Below, piece by piece: positions 44,488 through 53,073 of a DNA stretch of 64,000 nucleotides. The notes below the pieces were generated by a model. It saw nothing but the letters and a program-made list of their open reading frames with translations. It did not search any database and was not told the DNA's origin. The position numbers and the translations under genes were made by a program. The stretch comes from an uncultured Alphaproteobacteria bacterium (lineage in GTDB: Bacteria; Pseudomonadota; Alphaproteobacteria; Rhizobiales; Methyloligellaceae), in NCBI GenBank assembly GCA_963727165.1, contig CAVSFJ010000022.1, forward strand, positions 53,726-117,725, given 5' to 3'. Position 1 is the stretch's first letter. Each line of letters opens with the position of its first letter.

Positions 44488-47307
44488 GCCAACGCCGCGT
44501 ATGGCAGCTAGCGCCAACTCCAGCGGCGCCGGCAGCAACAACGTGGCGACGGGGTTCGGCGCCAACTCCAGTGGCGACAGCGGCAACAACGTGGCGACAG
44601 GGACGAGCGCCAATGCCAGCGGCGCCGGCAGCAACAACGTTGCGACAGGGACGAGCGCCAGCTCCAGCGGCGCCAGCAGCGCCAACGTGGCGACGGGGGC
44701 GGCCGCCAATGCCAGCGGCGCCGGCAGCGAGAACGTGGCGACGGGGGGGAGCGCTGACGCCTTCGGCGACGGCAGCCACAACGTGGCGACGGGGGCGGGC
44801 GCCGATTCCAGCGGCGCCGCCAGCAATAACGTTGCGACCGGCAACATTGCGAACGCCAGCGGCGGCAACAGCGGCAACATCGCGACCGGCAGCGGCGCGA
44901 AGGCCTTCGGCGACAACAGCAGAAACATTGCGTCAGGCCTGCTAAGCGACGCCAGCGGCGCCGGCAGCAGCAACGTGGCGACCGGCGACACTGCGAACGC
45001 CAGCGGCGCCGCCAGCAATAACGTGGCGACGGGGGCAGGCGCCGACTCCAGCGGCGACAACAGCAGCAACATCGCGGCCGGCAACGCTGCGAACGCCAGC
45101 GGCGACGGCAGCGGCAACATCGCGACCGGCGCCGATGCGGACGCCAGGGGCGCCGCCAGCACTAACATTGCGACCGGCAACGATGCGGACGCCAGCGGCG
45201 ACGGCAGCGACAACATTGCGACCGGCGAGCTGGCGAACGCGAGCGGCGCCGGCAGCAAAAACATTGCGACCGGCACCACTGCAAACGCCAGCGGCGCCGG
45301 CAGCCAAAACATCGCGACCGGCAACACTGCGATCGCCACCGGCGACAACAGCCACAACGTGGCGACGGGGCTGAACGCCGCTCTCCGCCGGCGACGGCAG
45401 CGACAACATCGCGACCGGTAACAGTGCGAATGCCTTCGGCGACAACAGCAGAAACATTGCGTCAGGCCTGCTGAGCAACGCCAGCGGCGGCGCCAGCAGC
45501 AACATCGCGACCGGCGACACTGCGAACGCCAGCGGCGCCGGCAGCAGCAACGTGGCGACGGGGTGCAGACGCCAACTCCAGCGGCGACAACAGCGATAAC
45601 GTGGCGACAGGGACGGGCGCCGACTCCAGCGGCGCACGCAGCGCAACGCAACAGCGGCGCCGCCAGCAATAACGTGGCGACCGGCAACACTGCGAACGCC
45701 AGCGGCGCCGGCAGCGGCAACAGCGCGACGGGGGCGGCCGCGAAGGCCAGCGGCGACAACAGCAAAAACATGGCGTCAGGCCGGGCTAAGCCAACGCCAG
45801 CGGCGCCGGTAGCACAACATGGCGACCGGCAACGAGGGCCGACTCCAGCGGCGCCGCCAGCAATAACGTTGCGACCGGCAACACTGCGGACGCCACCGGC
45901 GCCGGCAGCGACAATATCGCGACCGGCAGCGGCGCGAGCGCCTTCGGCGGCAACAGCAGAAACATTGCGTCAGGCCTGCAAAGCAACGCCCAGCGGCGAC
46001 GGCAGCAGCAATATGGCGACCGGCGACAATGCGGACGCCAGCGGCGACAACAGCAGCAACATCGCGGCCGGCCAAACTGCGAACGCCAGCGGCGACGGCA
46101 GCAATAACATGGCGACAGGGACGGGCGCCAACTCCAGCGGCGCTCACCAGCAACAACATCGCGACCGGCAGCGGCGCAGCGCCTTCGGCGCCGACAGCAG
46201 AAACATCGCGACCGGCAACAATGCGGACGCCGGCGGCAACGGCAGCGGCAACATCGCGACCGGCGGCGGCGCGCGCGCCTTCGGCGCCAACAGCAGAAAC
46301 ATTGCGTCAGGCCTGCTAAGCAACGCCAGCGGCGACGGCTCGAGCAATATCGCGCTCGGCGACGGCGCGGCCGCGACCGGCGCCGGCACGACCAACATGG
46401 CGCTCGGCATGGGTGCTTCCGCGACCGGCACACAATCCATCGCCATCGGAACGGGCGCCCAGGGCGCCAACAATGGCTCCGCCCTTGGGGGCAATGCGGT
46501 GGCCACGGGCACCAACAGCGCCGCGTTCGGCATCGACAGCACGGCGAGCGGCACGTCGTCGGTCGCCATCGGCGACGGCGCGAGCGCGACGCAAACCGGC
46601 GCGCTTGCCTTCGGTCTCAACTCCCAATCCACGGGCTCTAATGCCATCGCCATCGGTTCGGGGGCGGTCGCCACGGGCTCGGTCGCGGTGGGCGATAGCG
46701 CGGCGGCCTCGAACGGCGGCGCAGCCTACGGCGATTTCTCGACCGCGACAGGCACCAACAGCACGGCGGTCGGGCCCAACACCACGGTGGCCTACAAGAA
46801 TGCCGCCGCCTTCGGCAACGGCGCCACGGCGACGCGCGCCAATCAGCAGGTGTTCGGCACGACGAGCAACACCTACACGATGCCGGGCCTCACCTCGGCG
46901 CGAGCAAATCGGCGCAAGGCAGCCCGACGCACCTCGTGACATCGAACGCGGCCGGCGATCTCGCCGCCTACACGCCGTCCGAGCTCGGCCTTGCCACGAC
47001 CGGCGACGTTGCGGGCCTGCAGTCGCAGATCGATAAGTTGGGTCAGCGCGACAAGAAGCTCACCGAAGGCCTCGCCGCCGTGGCCTCGCTGGCACAGCCC
47101 ATCATGCTGCCGGGGCAGACCTTCGCCATGCGGGCCGGGTGGGGCGGCTATGACGATGCGGGCGCGGTCAGCTTCACCGCCGCCGGCGTTCTCGCCAAGA
47201 ACCTGGTGCGTCAGGGCTATGGCACGCTGGTTGCGGATGCCGGCATCGGCGTCGGCACCAACCAGGGCGAGGTCGCCGGCCGCGCCGGGCTCACTTTCGG
47301 TTGGTAG
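44296..47307 (+). CDS. YadA-like trimeric autotransporter adhesin copy 3 (many apparent frameshifts)
   Basis: Same signal peptide as copy 2, ~45 14-aa repeats, coiled stalk, different anchor ending GRAGLTFGW. First break at ~44507; garbled sequence at ~45630-45655. Confidence 0.78.
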
Positions 47308-47308
47308 G
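47248..47308 (+). repeat. 61-bp direct repeat B1 (3' end of adhesin copy 3)
   Basis: Identical to 50010-50070. Confidence 0.95.
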
Positions 47309-47316
47309 CTCTGATT

Positions 47317-48327
47317 TCAGGCTTGGCCGTTGCCGCGGAACTGCGTCGGAGAGGCGCCGAAGCGGCGGCGGAAACAGCGGTTGAAGTAGGACACGTCATT
47401 GAAGCCGCATGTATAGGCGATCTCGCTGACCTTGGCGCCATCATGGGCTGGATCGGCGAGCATGGCTCTCGCTTTTTGCAGCCGGAGCTCCAACACCCGC
47501 TCCGTGAAACTCGCGCCGGTTTCCTGAAGCAGGCCCTGCACGCGGCGCGGCGACAGCCCGAGCTTGGTTGCCACCACCTCGGCGGAAAAGCCGGGGTCAG
47601 CGTAGTGCTCCCGTATTTCGCCCAGCACGAGTTGAAGCCGCGCGGCGCGCATGCCCCGCATTTGCGCGATTTCCGCCGCCTCGCGCCCGGCGCCCAGACA
47701 TAGCGCGGCGAGATCGAGCAGCGTCGTGGCGACATGTTCGGTGAGCAGCGGATCGTCCTCGATGCCGTCGGGATTGAGGATGATTTGGACGTATCGGCGG
47801 AAATAGCGGGCCGCCGGCAGGTTGGGATCGATCCGGCGCGCGACGAGATCGTCCACGTTGGCAACCAGGAGACGCAAAGAGTCTCCCGGCACCATCACGG
47901 TCCACAAGTCGGCCTCCGGGCCGCTGAGGAGTTCACCGACACGCGCGGCGGAGAGGAAGCCGAGCTCGCGCGGCGCGATTTCCAGTTCGCGCCCCATCTG
48001 GCGCTGGGTCATTGGATAGTTGCTCAAATTCACGCCCAGGAAGAAGTCGTCGCGCCCATCCGAGGCGATGTCGCGGGCCGCGTTGGCGGTGCGAACCATG
48101 GTCCCGCCGACGCGGAGCGCCCCGCCGGCGCCGTAGACGGCGAGCGCGCAGTAGGCCCTGAGCGGCCGGTCGTCGGCAAAGGTGTCGTCGAACTTTCCGA
48201 AGACTTCGTCCCTGAACTTCTGGAACAGGTGTCGCTTTTCCTCATCGCTCAGATGCGGCGGAAGCTCGTCTGTCGAGAATGACAGGTAAGGCGCAGGCGG
48301 CCTGCGCTTCGGGTATTCGCCAGTCAT
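47317..48327 (-). CDS. AraC-family transcriptional regulator
   Basis: C-terminal double HTH: VATKLGLSPRRVQ..RLQKARAML..IAYTCGFNDVSYFNRCFRRRFGASP. Confidence 0.93.
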   Translation of the reverse strand: MTGEYPKRRPPAPYLSFSTDELPPHLSDEEKRHLFQKFRDEVFGKFDDTFADDRPLRAYCALAVYGAGGALRVGGTMVRTANAARDIASDGRDDFFLGVNLSNYPMTQRQMGRELEIAPRELGFLSAARVGELLSGPEADLWTVMVPGDSLRLLVANVDDLVARRIDPNLPAARYFRRYVQIILNPDGIEDDPLLTEHVATTLLDLAALCLGAGREAAEIAQMRGMRAARLQLVLGEIREHYADPGFSAEVVATKLGLSPRRVQGLLQETGASFTERVLELRLQKARAMLADPAHDGAKVSEIAYTCGFNDVSYFNRCFRRRFGASPTQFRGNGQA

Positions 48328-48423
48328 GCTGCGGCCCCCCAGCCATGCAGATGAACCTATGCGCCCCTTCAGAAGATGACTTGCATTTTCCAGAACGTCC
48401 CGTTGTCGAGCAAGGATTTCCTG

Positions 48424-48565
48424 TGTCGCGATTGTCCAAGATTATTTCGCAGGAAGACAAGATTTCCCGCAAACCGGTGAAAGGTCTGTGTCTAGTCAGC
48501 AACAGCGCCGGGCAATTCGCGCATTTACGTATGCAAGTCCAAGTCTGTTTCGCTCCCGGCCAAGA
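48424..48565 (+). promoter_or_regulatory. Candidate AraC operator repeats T(T/G)TCGC-N7-CAAGA
   Basis: Copies at 48424, 48445 (21-bp spacing) and 48548, plus a degenerate copy 21 bp before the last. Confidence 0.5.
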
Positions 48566-48666
48566 CGAGCACGCGGCTTTAGGCCCCTATGACTGCAAGG
48601 GATTCGACGCATTGTCGATGCAAGACAAGACAGATCGATGGGTGCCGAAGGGGGGACTGAGAGACC

Positions 48667-49995
48667 ATGCGCGCGACGACCATAACGAAAGCGCGGCGCG
48701 GGCGCGTCTTGGGCGGCGCTTGCACGCTGGCGCTGGCGGCGCTTTTGACACCAACGGCCTTCGTGCCCGAGGCGGAGGCGGTCGAGTGCGTCGATGATGT
48801 CAACTTCGGTGCCGGTACGTTCACGACCGCGGGCGATGATGGTGGTGTCAATACCAACACGTCCTGCGGCCAAGGCTCAGACGCCAGTGGCATTGGAACC
48901 CTCAATACCGCGATCGGCTCGGGCGCCAACTCGAGCGGCGATGACAGCGTCAACACGTCGACCGGCGCGGACGCCAAGTCACTCGGCGAAGGCAGCTTCA
49001 ATACGGCAACCGGCGCCGACGCTAATGCCGTTGGCGACAGCAGCCAGAACACCGCGACAGGCTCTGGGTCCAATGCCAGCGGCTCGAACAGCCAGAACAC
49101 CGCCACAGGCTACCAAGCCGACGCAAACGGCGCCGGCAGTTCCAATATTGCCTTCGGCTCTGGCGCGACTGCCAGCGGCGCCAGCTCGACCAATACGGCG
49201 ATCGGAATGTCGTCCCTGGCCACCAGCAATGGCGTCGCCATTGGTGCGAACACGAAGAGCACCGGCGGCACCGCGGTCGGCAACGGCGCGCTCGCATCGG
49301 CCACCGGCGCCGTCGCCATCGGGCTCACCGCGAGCGCGACGGGTGCGAATGCCATTGCCATCGGCTCGGATGCTCTCGCAACGGGCTCCATAGCGGTGGG
49401 CAATGGCGCGTCGGCCGGAAACGGCGGCGCGGCGTTCGGCGATTTCTCGACCGCGACAGGCACCAACAGTACGGCGGTCGGCCCGAACACGACGGTGGCC
49501 TACAAGAATGCCGCCGCCTTCGGCAACGGCGCCACGGCGACGCGCGCCAATCAGCAGGTGTTCGGCACGTCAAGCAACACCTACACCATGCCGGGCCTCA
49601 CCTCGTCCGCGAGCAAAGCGGCGCAAGGCTCGCCGACCCATATCGTGACCTCCAACGCGGCCGGCGATCTTGCCGCCTATACCCCGTCCGAGCTCGGCAT
49701 TGCCACGAAGGGAGACCTTGCCAAGGTGAGCGACGAGAAAAATTCCGGCGTCGCGCTCGCCATCGCAATGCAGAACCCCGACCTGGCCGGCTCGGAGCGT
49801 TTTGGCATGGCGGCCAATTGGGGCGCGTTCGAGAACGCAAACGCGCTCGGCATGTCGCTGATGGGGGTTCTTGGCCACGACTTCGTCTCGCGTGGAGATC
49901 GTGTAGCGCTGTCGGGCGGGTTCGGCGTCGGCTTCGAGACCGGCAACGGCGACAGCGTCTATGGCGGCCGCGTCGGCCTGCAATGGACCCATTGA
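48667..49995 (+). CDS. YadA-like trimeric autotransporter adhesin copy 4 (intact)
   Basis: Signal peptide ..AEA/VEC, head repeats, shared neck block, third anchor type ending GGRVGLQWTH. Confidence 0.88.
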   Translation: MRATTITKARRGRVLGGACTLALAALLTPTAFVPEAEAVECVDDVNFGAGTFTTAGDDGGVNTNTSCGQGSDASGIGTLNTAIGSGANSSGDDSVNTSTGADAKSLGEGSFNTATGADANAVGDSSQNTATGSGSNASGSNSQNTATGYQADANGAGSSNIAFGSGATASGASSTNTAIGMSSLATSNGVAIGANTKSTGGTAVGNGALASATGAVAIGLTASATGANAIAIGSDALATGSIAVGNGASAGNGGAAFGDFSTATGTNSTAVGPNTTVAYKNAAAFGNGATATRANQQVFGTSSNTYTMPGLTSSASKAAQGSPTHIVTSNAAGDLAAYTPSELGIATKGDLAKVSDEKNSGVALAIAMQNPDLAGSERFGMAANWGAFENANALGMSLMGVLGHDFVSRGDRVALSGGFGVGFETGNGDSVYGGRVGLQWTH

Positions 49996-50009
49996 CGGAT
50001 TGTTGCGAA

Positions 50010-50070
50010 GGCGTCGGCACCAACCAGGGCGAGGTCGCCGGCCGCGCCGGGCTCACTTTCGGTTGGTAGG
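50010..50070 (+). repeat. 61-bp direct repeat B2 (orphan adhesin 3' end)
   Basis: Encodes GVGTNQGEVAGRAGLTFGW*; identical to 47248-47308. Confidence 0.95.
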
Positions 50071-50114
50071 GGCGAATCTTATCCCCGACCTCCGGGACCG
50101 CTATATCATCACCC

Positions 50115-50401
50115 CACCTCGTCCGCTTGAGGGCGTTCTCGCGAGGCGTTGCGATGAGCGGGACGAGGTGCGGCGCCCGCGGGTCTTGTCGCAACAGGAC
50201 GCTCGGGCGGCGCCGGAGCCACCCCCCGGGGCCACTATGAGCCCCCGCCAGAAGCTGGCTGAGACGTGTCCGTACGCGTTCACGCGGAACGGCCACTGAA
50301 AAGCGGGGCCCGGTGCCGATAGACGTCGCGATTGGCGCGCCGCGAGGCGCCTGCGTGCCGCAAGGCACGAGCCATTAGGATTTGCGCCTTCCGGCGCGCC
50401 A
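50115..50401 (+). ncRNA. Candidate structured ncRNA or MITE-like element
   Basis: At least six hairpins, including CACCTCGTCC/GGACGAGGTG, GTCTTGT-CGCA-ACAGGAC and TGGCGCGCCG/CGGCGCGCCA enclosing CGTGCC-GCAA-GGCACG. GCTATAT -10-like box just upstream. Confidence 0.55.
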
Positions 50402-50511
50402 TCCCCCTCGGGTCACCTCGCGGCCGACGGTCCGGCGAGCCAAATCAGCGTGCCGATTTTCAGAAGAGGAATACCCTGTCAGGATACGGATGATCGTGGC
50501 AAGATCGGGTG

Positions 50512-51057
50512 ATGAAGCAGAGATTTGCCTTGGTGCTGGGGGCTGGGCTTCTCCTCACAATCGCAGGACAGGCCCTTGCGCAAAACGGGGTCGAGATCCC
50601 GGTCAGGAAGCAGGCGCAGACGCCGAGCGTGGCGATGCCCGACGCCAAGAAGATCGTGCTTCTCGTGCGCAACAGCCTCATCACTCTTAATGATGCGCTC
50701 CAGACCGGCAACTTCACGGTGTTGCGCGACATGGGGGCGCCAGGGTTTCGCGAGGCGAACTCGGCCGCGCGTCTCTCCCAGATTTTCGCCAACTTGAAGG
50801 CGCAGAAGGTCGATCTCTTCTCGGTGAGCGTGATTGCGCCGCGGCTCACCGAAGCGCCGACGCTCAATAAGGCGAAAGGCATGCTGCACCTTAAAGGCTA
50901 TTTTCCGGGCCAGCCGGTGCAGATCAATTTCGAGCTTCTCTATCAGGCGGTGAACGGCCATTGGCGCTTGTTCGGCATCTCGGTGCAGCCGGGGGCGTCG
51001 CAGGCAGGTGCGCCGAGAGCGCACGCCTCGGGATCGACCGCGGTCAAGAAGAAATAG
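50512..51057 (+). CDS. Secreted/periplasmic hypothetical protein
   Basis: Signal peptide ..ALA/Q, LNDALQTGNFTVLRD motif, WRLFGISV. Confidence 0.82.
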   Translation: MKQRFALVLGAGLLLTIAGQALAQNGVEIPVRKQAQTPSVAMPDAKKIVLLVRNSLITLNDALQTGNFTVLRDMGAPGFREANSAARLSQIFANLKAQKVDLFSVSVIAPRLTEAPTLNKAKGMLHLKGYFPGQPVQINFELLYQAVNGHWRLFGISVQPGASQAGAPRAHASGSTAVKKK

Positions 51058-51088
51058 TCATAAGAGGGCGAGACGCGAGGAGGTCGGT

Positions 51089-51574
51089 CTGAGCCGCGCA
51101 CCATCACGCAATCCGGTTGCCACGCGCGCCATCACGGCGATGTTGCGCCCCTTCTGGCGCCTGCGCCGGGGCATGACGCTCGGCGCGCAAGGCGTGGTGA
51201 TCGACGATGCCGACCGCGTCCTGCTCGTGCGGCACAGCTACCGGCCCGGCTGGTTCTTTCCCGGCGGCGGGGTCGAGTGGGGCGAGACTCTGGAAGAGGC
51301 GCTCGCCCGCGAGTTGGCCGAAGAAGTCGGCGTGACGCTCAACGCGGCGCCGGCGCTGCATGGGGTGTTCTCCAACAACAGCAACTTTCCCGGCGACCAT
51401 ATCGCGGTCTATCTGGTCCGGGCGTGGACGCGGCGCGACGGATACCGGCAAAAGGGCGAGATCGCCGAGGCCGAGATGTTCGCGGTGCACGATGTGCCGG
51501 CGACGACCGATCCCGGGACGCGCAAACGTCTCGCCGAGATCTTCGGACACGCGCCGCTCAGCCCGAAATGGTGA
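51089..51574 (+). CDS. NUDIX hydrolase (start CTG 51089 or ATG 51140)
   Basis: PGGGVEWGETLEEALARELAEEVG Nudix box; RGMTLG N-terminal motif. Confidence 0.88.
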   Translation: MSRAPSRNPVATRAITAMLRPFWRLRRGMTLGAQGVVIDDADRVLLVRHSYRPGWFFPGGGVEWGETLEEALARELAEEVGVTLNAAPALHGVFSNNSNFPGDHIAVYLVRAWTRRDGYRQKGEIAEAEMFAVHDVPATTDPGTRKRLAEIFGHAPLSPKW

Positions 51575-51583
51575 TGAAGCGTG

Positions 51584-52201
51584 CTAGTCGAGGGCGCCAG
51601 CGAGTTGCTTGGTGATCTTGGCGACGTGGTGGCCTTGGAAGCTCGCGAGGTTGAGCTCCTTCTGGGACGGCGCGCGTGAGCCGTCGGGGGCGGAGATGGT
51701 GCCCGCGCCGTAGGGCGAGCCGCCCTTTACCTCGGTGATGTCGGGCAGGTCCGGTGCGGAGTAGGGGAGTCCGACGATGATCATGCCGTGATGCAGCATG
51801 GTGAAATGGGTGGAGACAATCGTGGTCTCATTGCCGCCGCCGGTCGAGGTCGAGGTGAAGACGCTGCCGACCTTGCCGATCAGCGCGCCGGCTGCCCAGA
51901 GCGGTCCGGTTTGGTCGAAGAAGTAGCGCATCTGGGAACTCATATTGCCGAAGCGGGTCGGCGTGCCGACGATGATGCCGTCGTAACCGGCTAGCTCTTG
52001 CGGGTCGGCGATTGGGGCGGGCTGGTCGACCTTCATGCCGGCGGCGCGCATGACGTCTTCGGGCATCAGCTCCGGCACGCGCTTGACGGCCACCTGCACG
52101 CCGTCAACGGCCCGCACGCCGTGGGCCATGGCGTAGGCCAGGGTCTCGGTGTGCCCGTAGGACGAATGATAAAGAACGAGCAGTTGCGCCGTGTCAGCCA
52201 T
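51584..52201 (-). CDS. wrbA: NAD(P)H:quinone oxidoreductase
   Basis: [28 protein letters not shown]. Confidence 0.92.
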   Translation of the reverse strand: MADTAQLLVLYHSSYGHTETLAYAMAHGVRAVDGVQVAVKRVPELMPEDVMRAAGMKVDQPAPIADPQELAGYDGIIVGTPTRFGNMSSQMRYFFDQTGPLWAAGALIGKVGSVFTSTSTGGGNETTIVSTHFTMLHHGMIIVGLPYSAPDLPDITEVKGGSPYGAGTISAPDGSRAPSQKELNLASFQGHHVAKITKQLAGALD

Positions 52202-52399
52202 CAAGATGCCCCCGCTTGGACCGTCAGGGGCGTGCTGCCGCGCCCCTTCCTCGCTAACCTTTAGTGTAGCAGATTCAATAGTGTGACGAGAGGCGATAAC
52301 ACATAGTGAACTTGAAGGAATTCGTAAACGCGCCGGACCGTCGCTTCCAGCAAGACCGCTGGACCTCGGGCGCCCGTCCGTGATATGGCAGCGCCCGTC

Positions 52400-52471
52400 A
52401 TGTGGACGAGGATCACAGTTTCGGCATTTCCGCGACGACGAGCGCGCGCCCGCTTCCTGCGGACCGCTTGA
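52400..52471 (+). CDS. Candidate leader peptide [23 protein letters not shown]
   Basis: Three tandem CGA codons; overlaps stems ending at a T run upstream of the GNAT gene. Confidence 0.4.
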   Translation: MWTRITVSAFPRRRARARFLRTA

Positions 52472-52573
52472 GCCTCGCCGCCGTCGCCCCTCGTCCTTTT
52501 TCCTCGGAAGATTTGCGTTTGGTGCCCGCCGGCGGGGGATGTTCCCTCGATCAGCCATGTTGGTACTGACGCC

Positions 52574-53071
52574 ATGACCTACGATATCCGCCTTGAGACC
52601 CCCGCCGATGAAGCGGCTCTGTCAGAGCTTTCGGCCCAGGCTTTCGGCCCCGGCCGCTTCGCCCGAAGCGCCTACCGGGTGCGCGAAGGCGTGCCGCCGG
52701 TTCCCGGCTTGAGCCTGACCGGCTGGCTCGACGGCCGTCTCGTCGGTGGCATCCGCTTCACCGCGCTTCGAATCGGAGAGGCCGAGGGCGGCGCGCTGCT
52801 TGGGCCTCTGGTGGTCGATCCGGCGGTGAAGGGCAAAGGGTACGGCAAGGCCCTCGTGGGCGAGGGACTGACCCGCGCGAAGGGAGAAGGCTTCGCCCTC
52901 GTGCTCCTCGTCGGCGACATGCCCTATTACGGCCGGTTCGGCTTCGCGCCGGTGGCACCGGGCAAGATCACGCTGCCTGGGCCGGTCGACCCCGCGCGGC
53001 TCTTGGCGCTGGAGCTCGTTCCGGATGCGCTCCAGAACGCGGCCGGGCAAATCATGGCGCATGCCCGATGA
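52574..53071 (+). CDS. GNAT-family N-acetyltransferase
   Basis: [38 protein letters not shown]. Confidence 0.88.
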   Translation: MTYDIRLETPADEAALSELSAQAFGPGRFARSAYRVREGVPPVPGLSLTGWLDGRLVGGIRFTALRIGEAEGGALLGPLVVDPAVKGKGYGKALVGEGLTRAKGEGFALVLLVGDMPYYGRFGFAPVAPGKITLPGPVDPARLLALELVPDALQNAAGQIMAHAR

Positions 53072-53073
53072 GT

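Noticed and set aside
41467-46370. 42-bp periodic repeats as a CRISPR array
   Set aside because: The repeats are degenerate, in-frame coding units with no unique spacers, and no cas genes are present.
42270-46900. Programmed frameshifting or slipped-strand phase variation in the adhesins
   Set aside because: The breaks are numerous, not at long simple repeats, and accompanied by garbled sequence; sequencing error is more parsimonious.
41298-47307. Ice-nucleation or RTX protein
   Set aside because: The period is 14 aa, not the 8/16/48-aa AGYGSTxT or the GGxGxDxL nonapeptide, and YadA neck and anchor are present.
40272-50070. Diversity-generating retroelement (TR/VR pairs)
   Set aside because: No reverse transcriptase in the window. 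The repeat pairs are identical or differ at non-adenine-specific, mostly synonymous sites.
50165-50401. Group II intron (GTGCG at ~50168)
   Set aside because: No recognisable domain V/VI and no intron-encoded protein.
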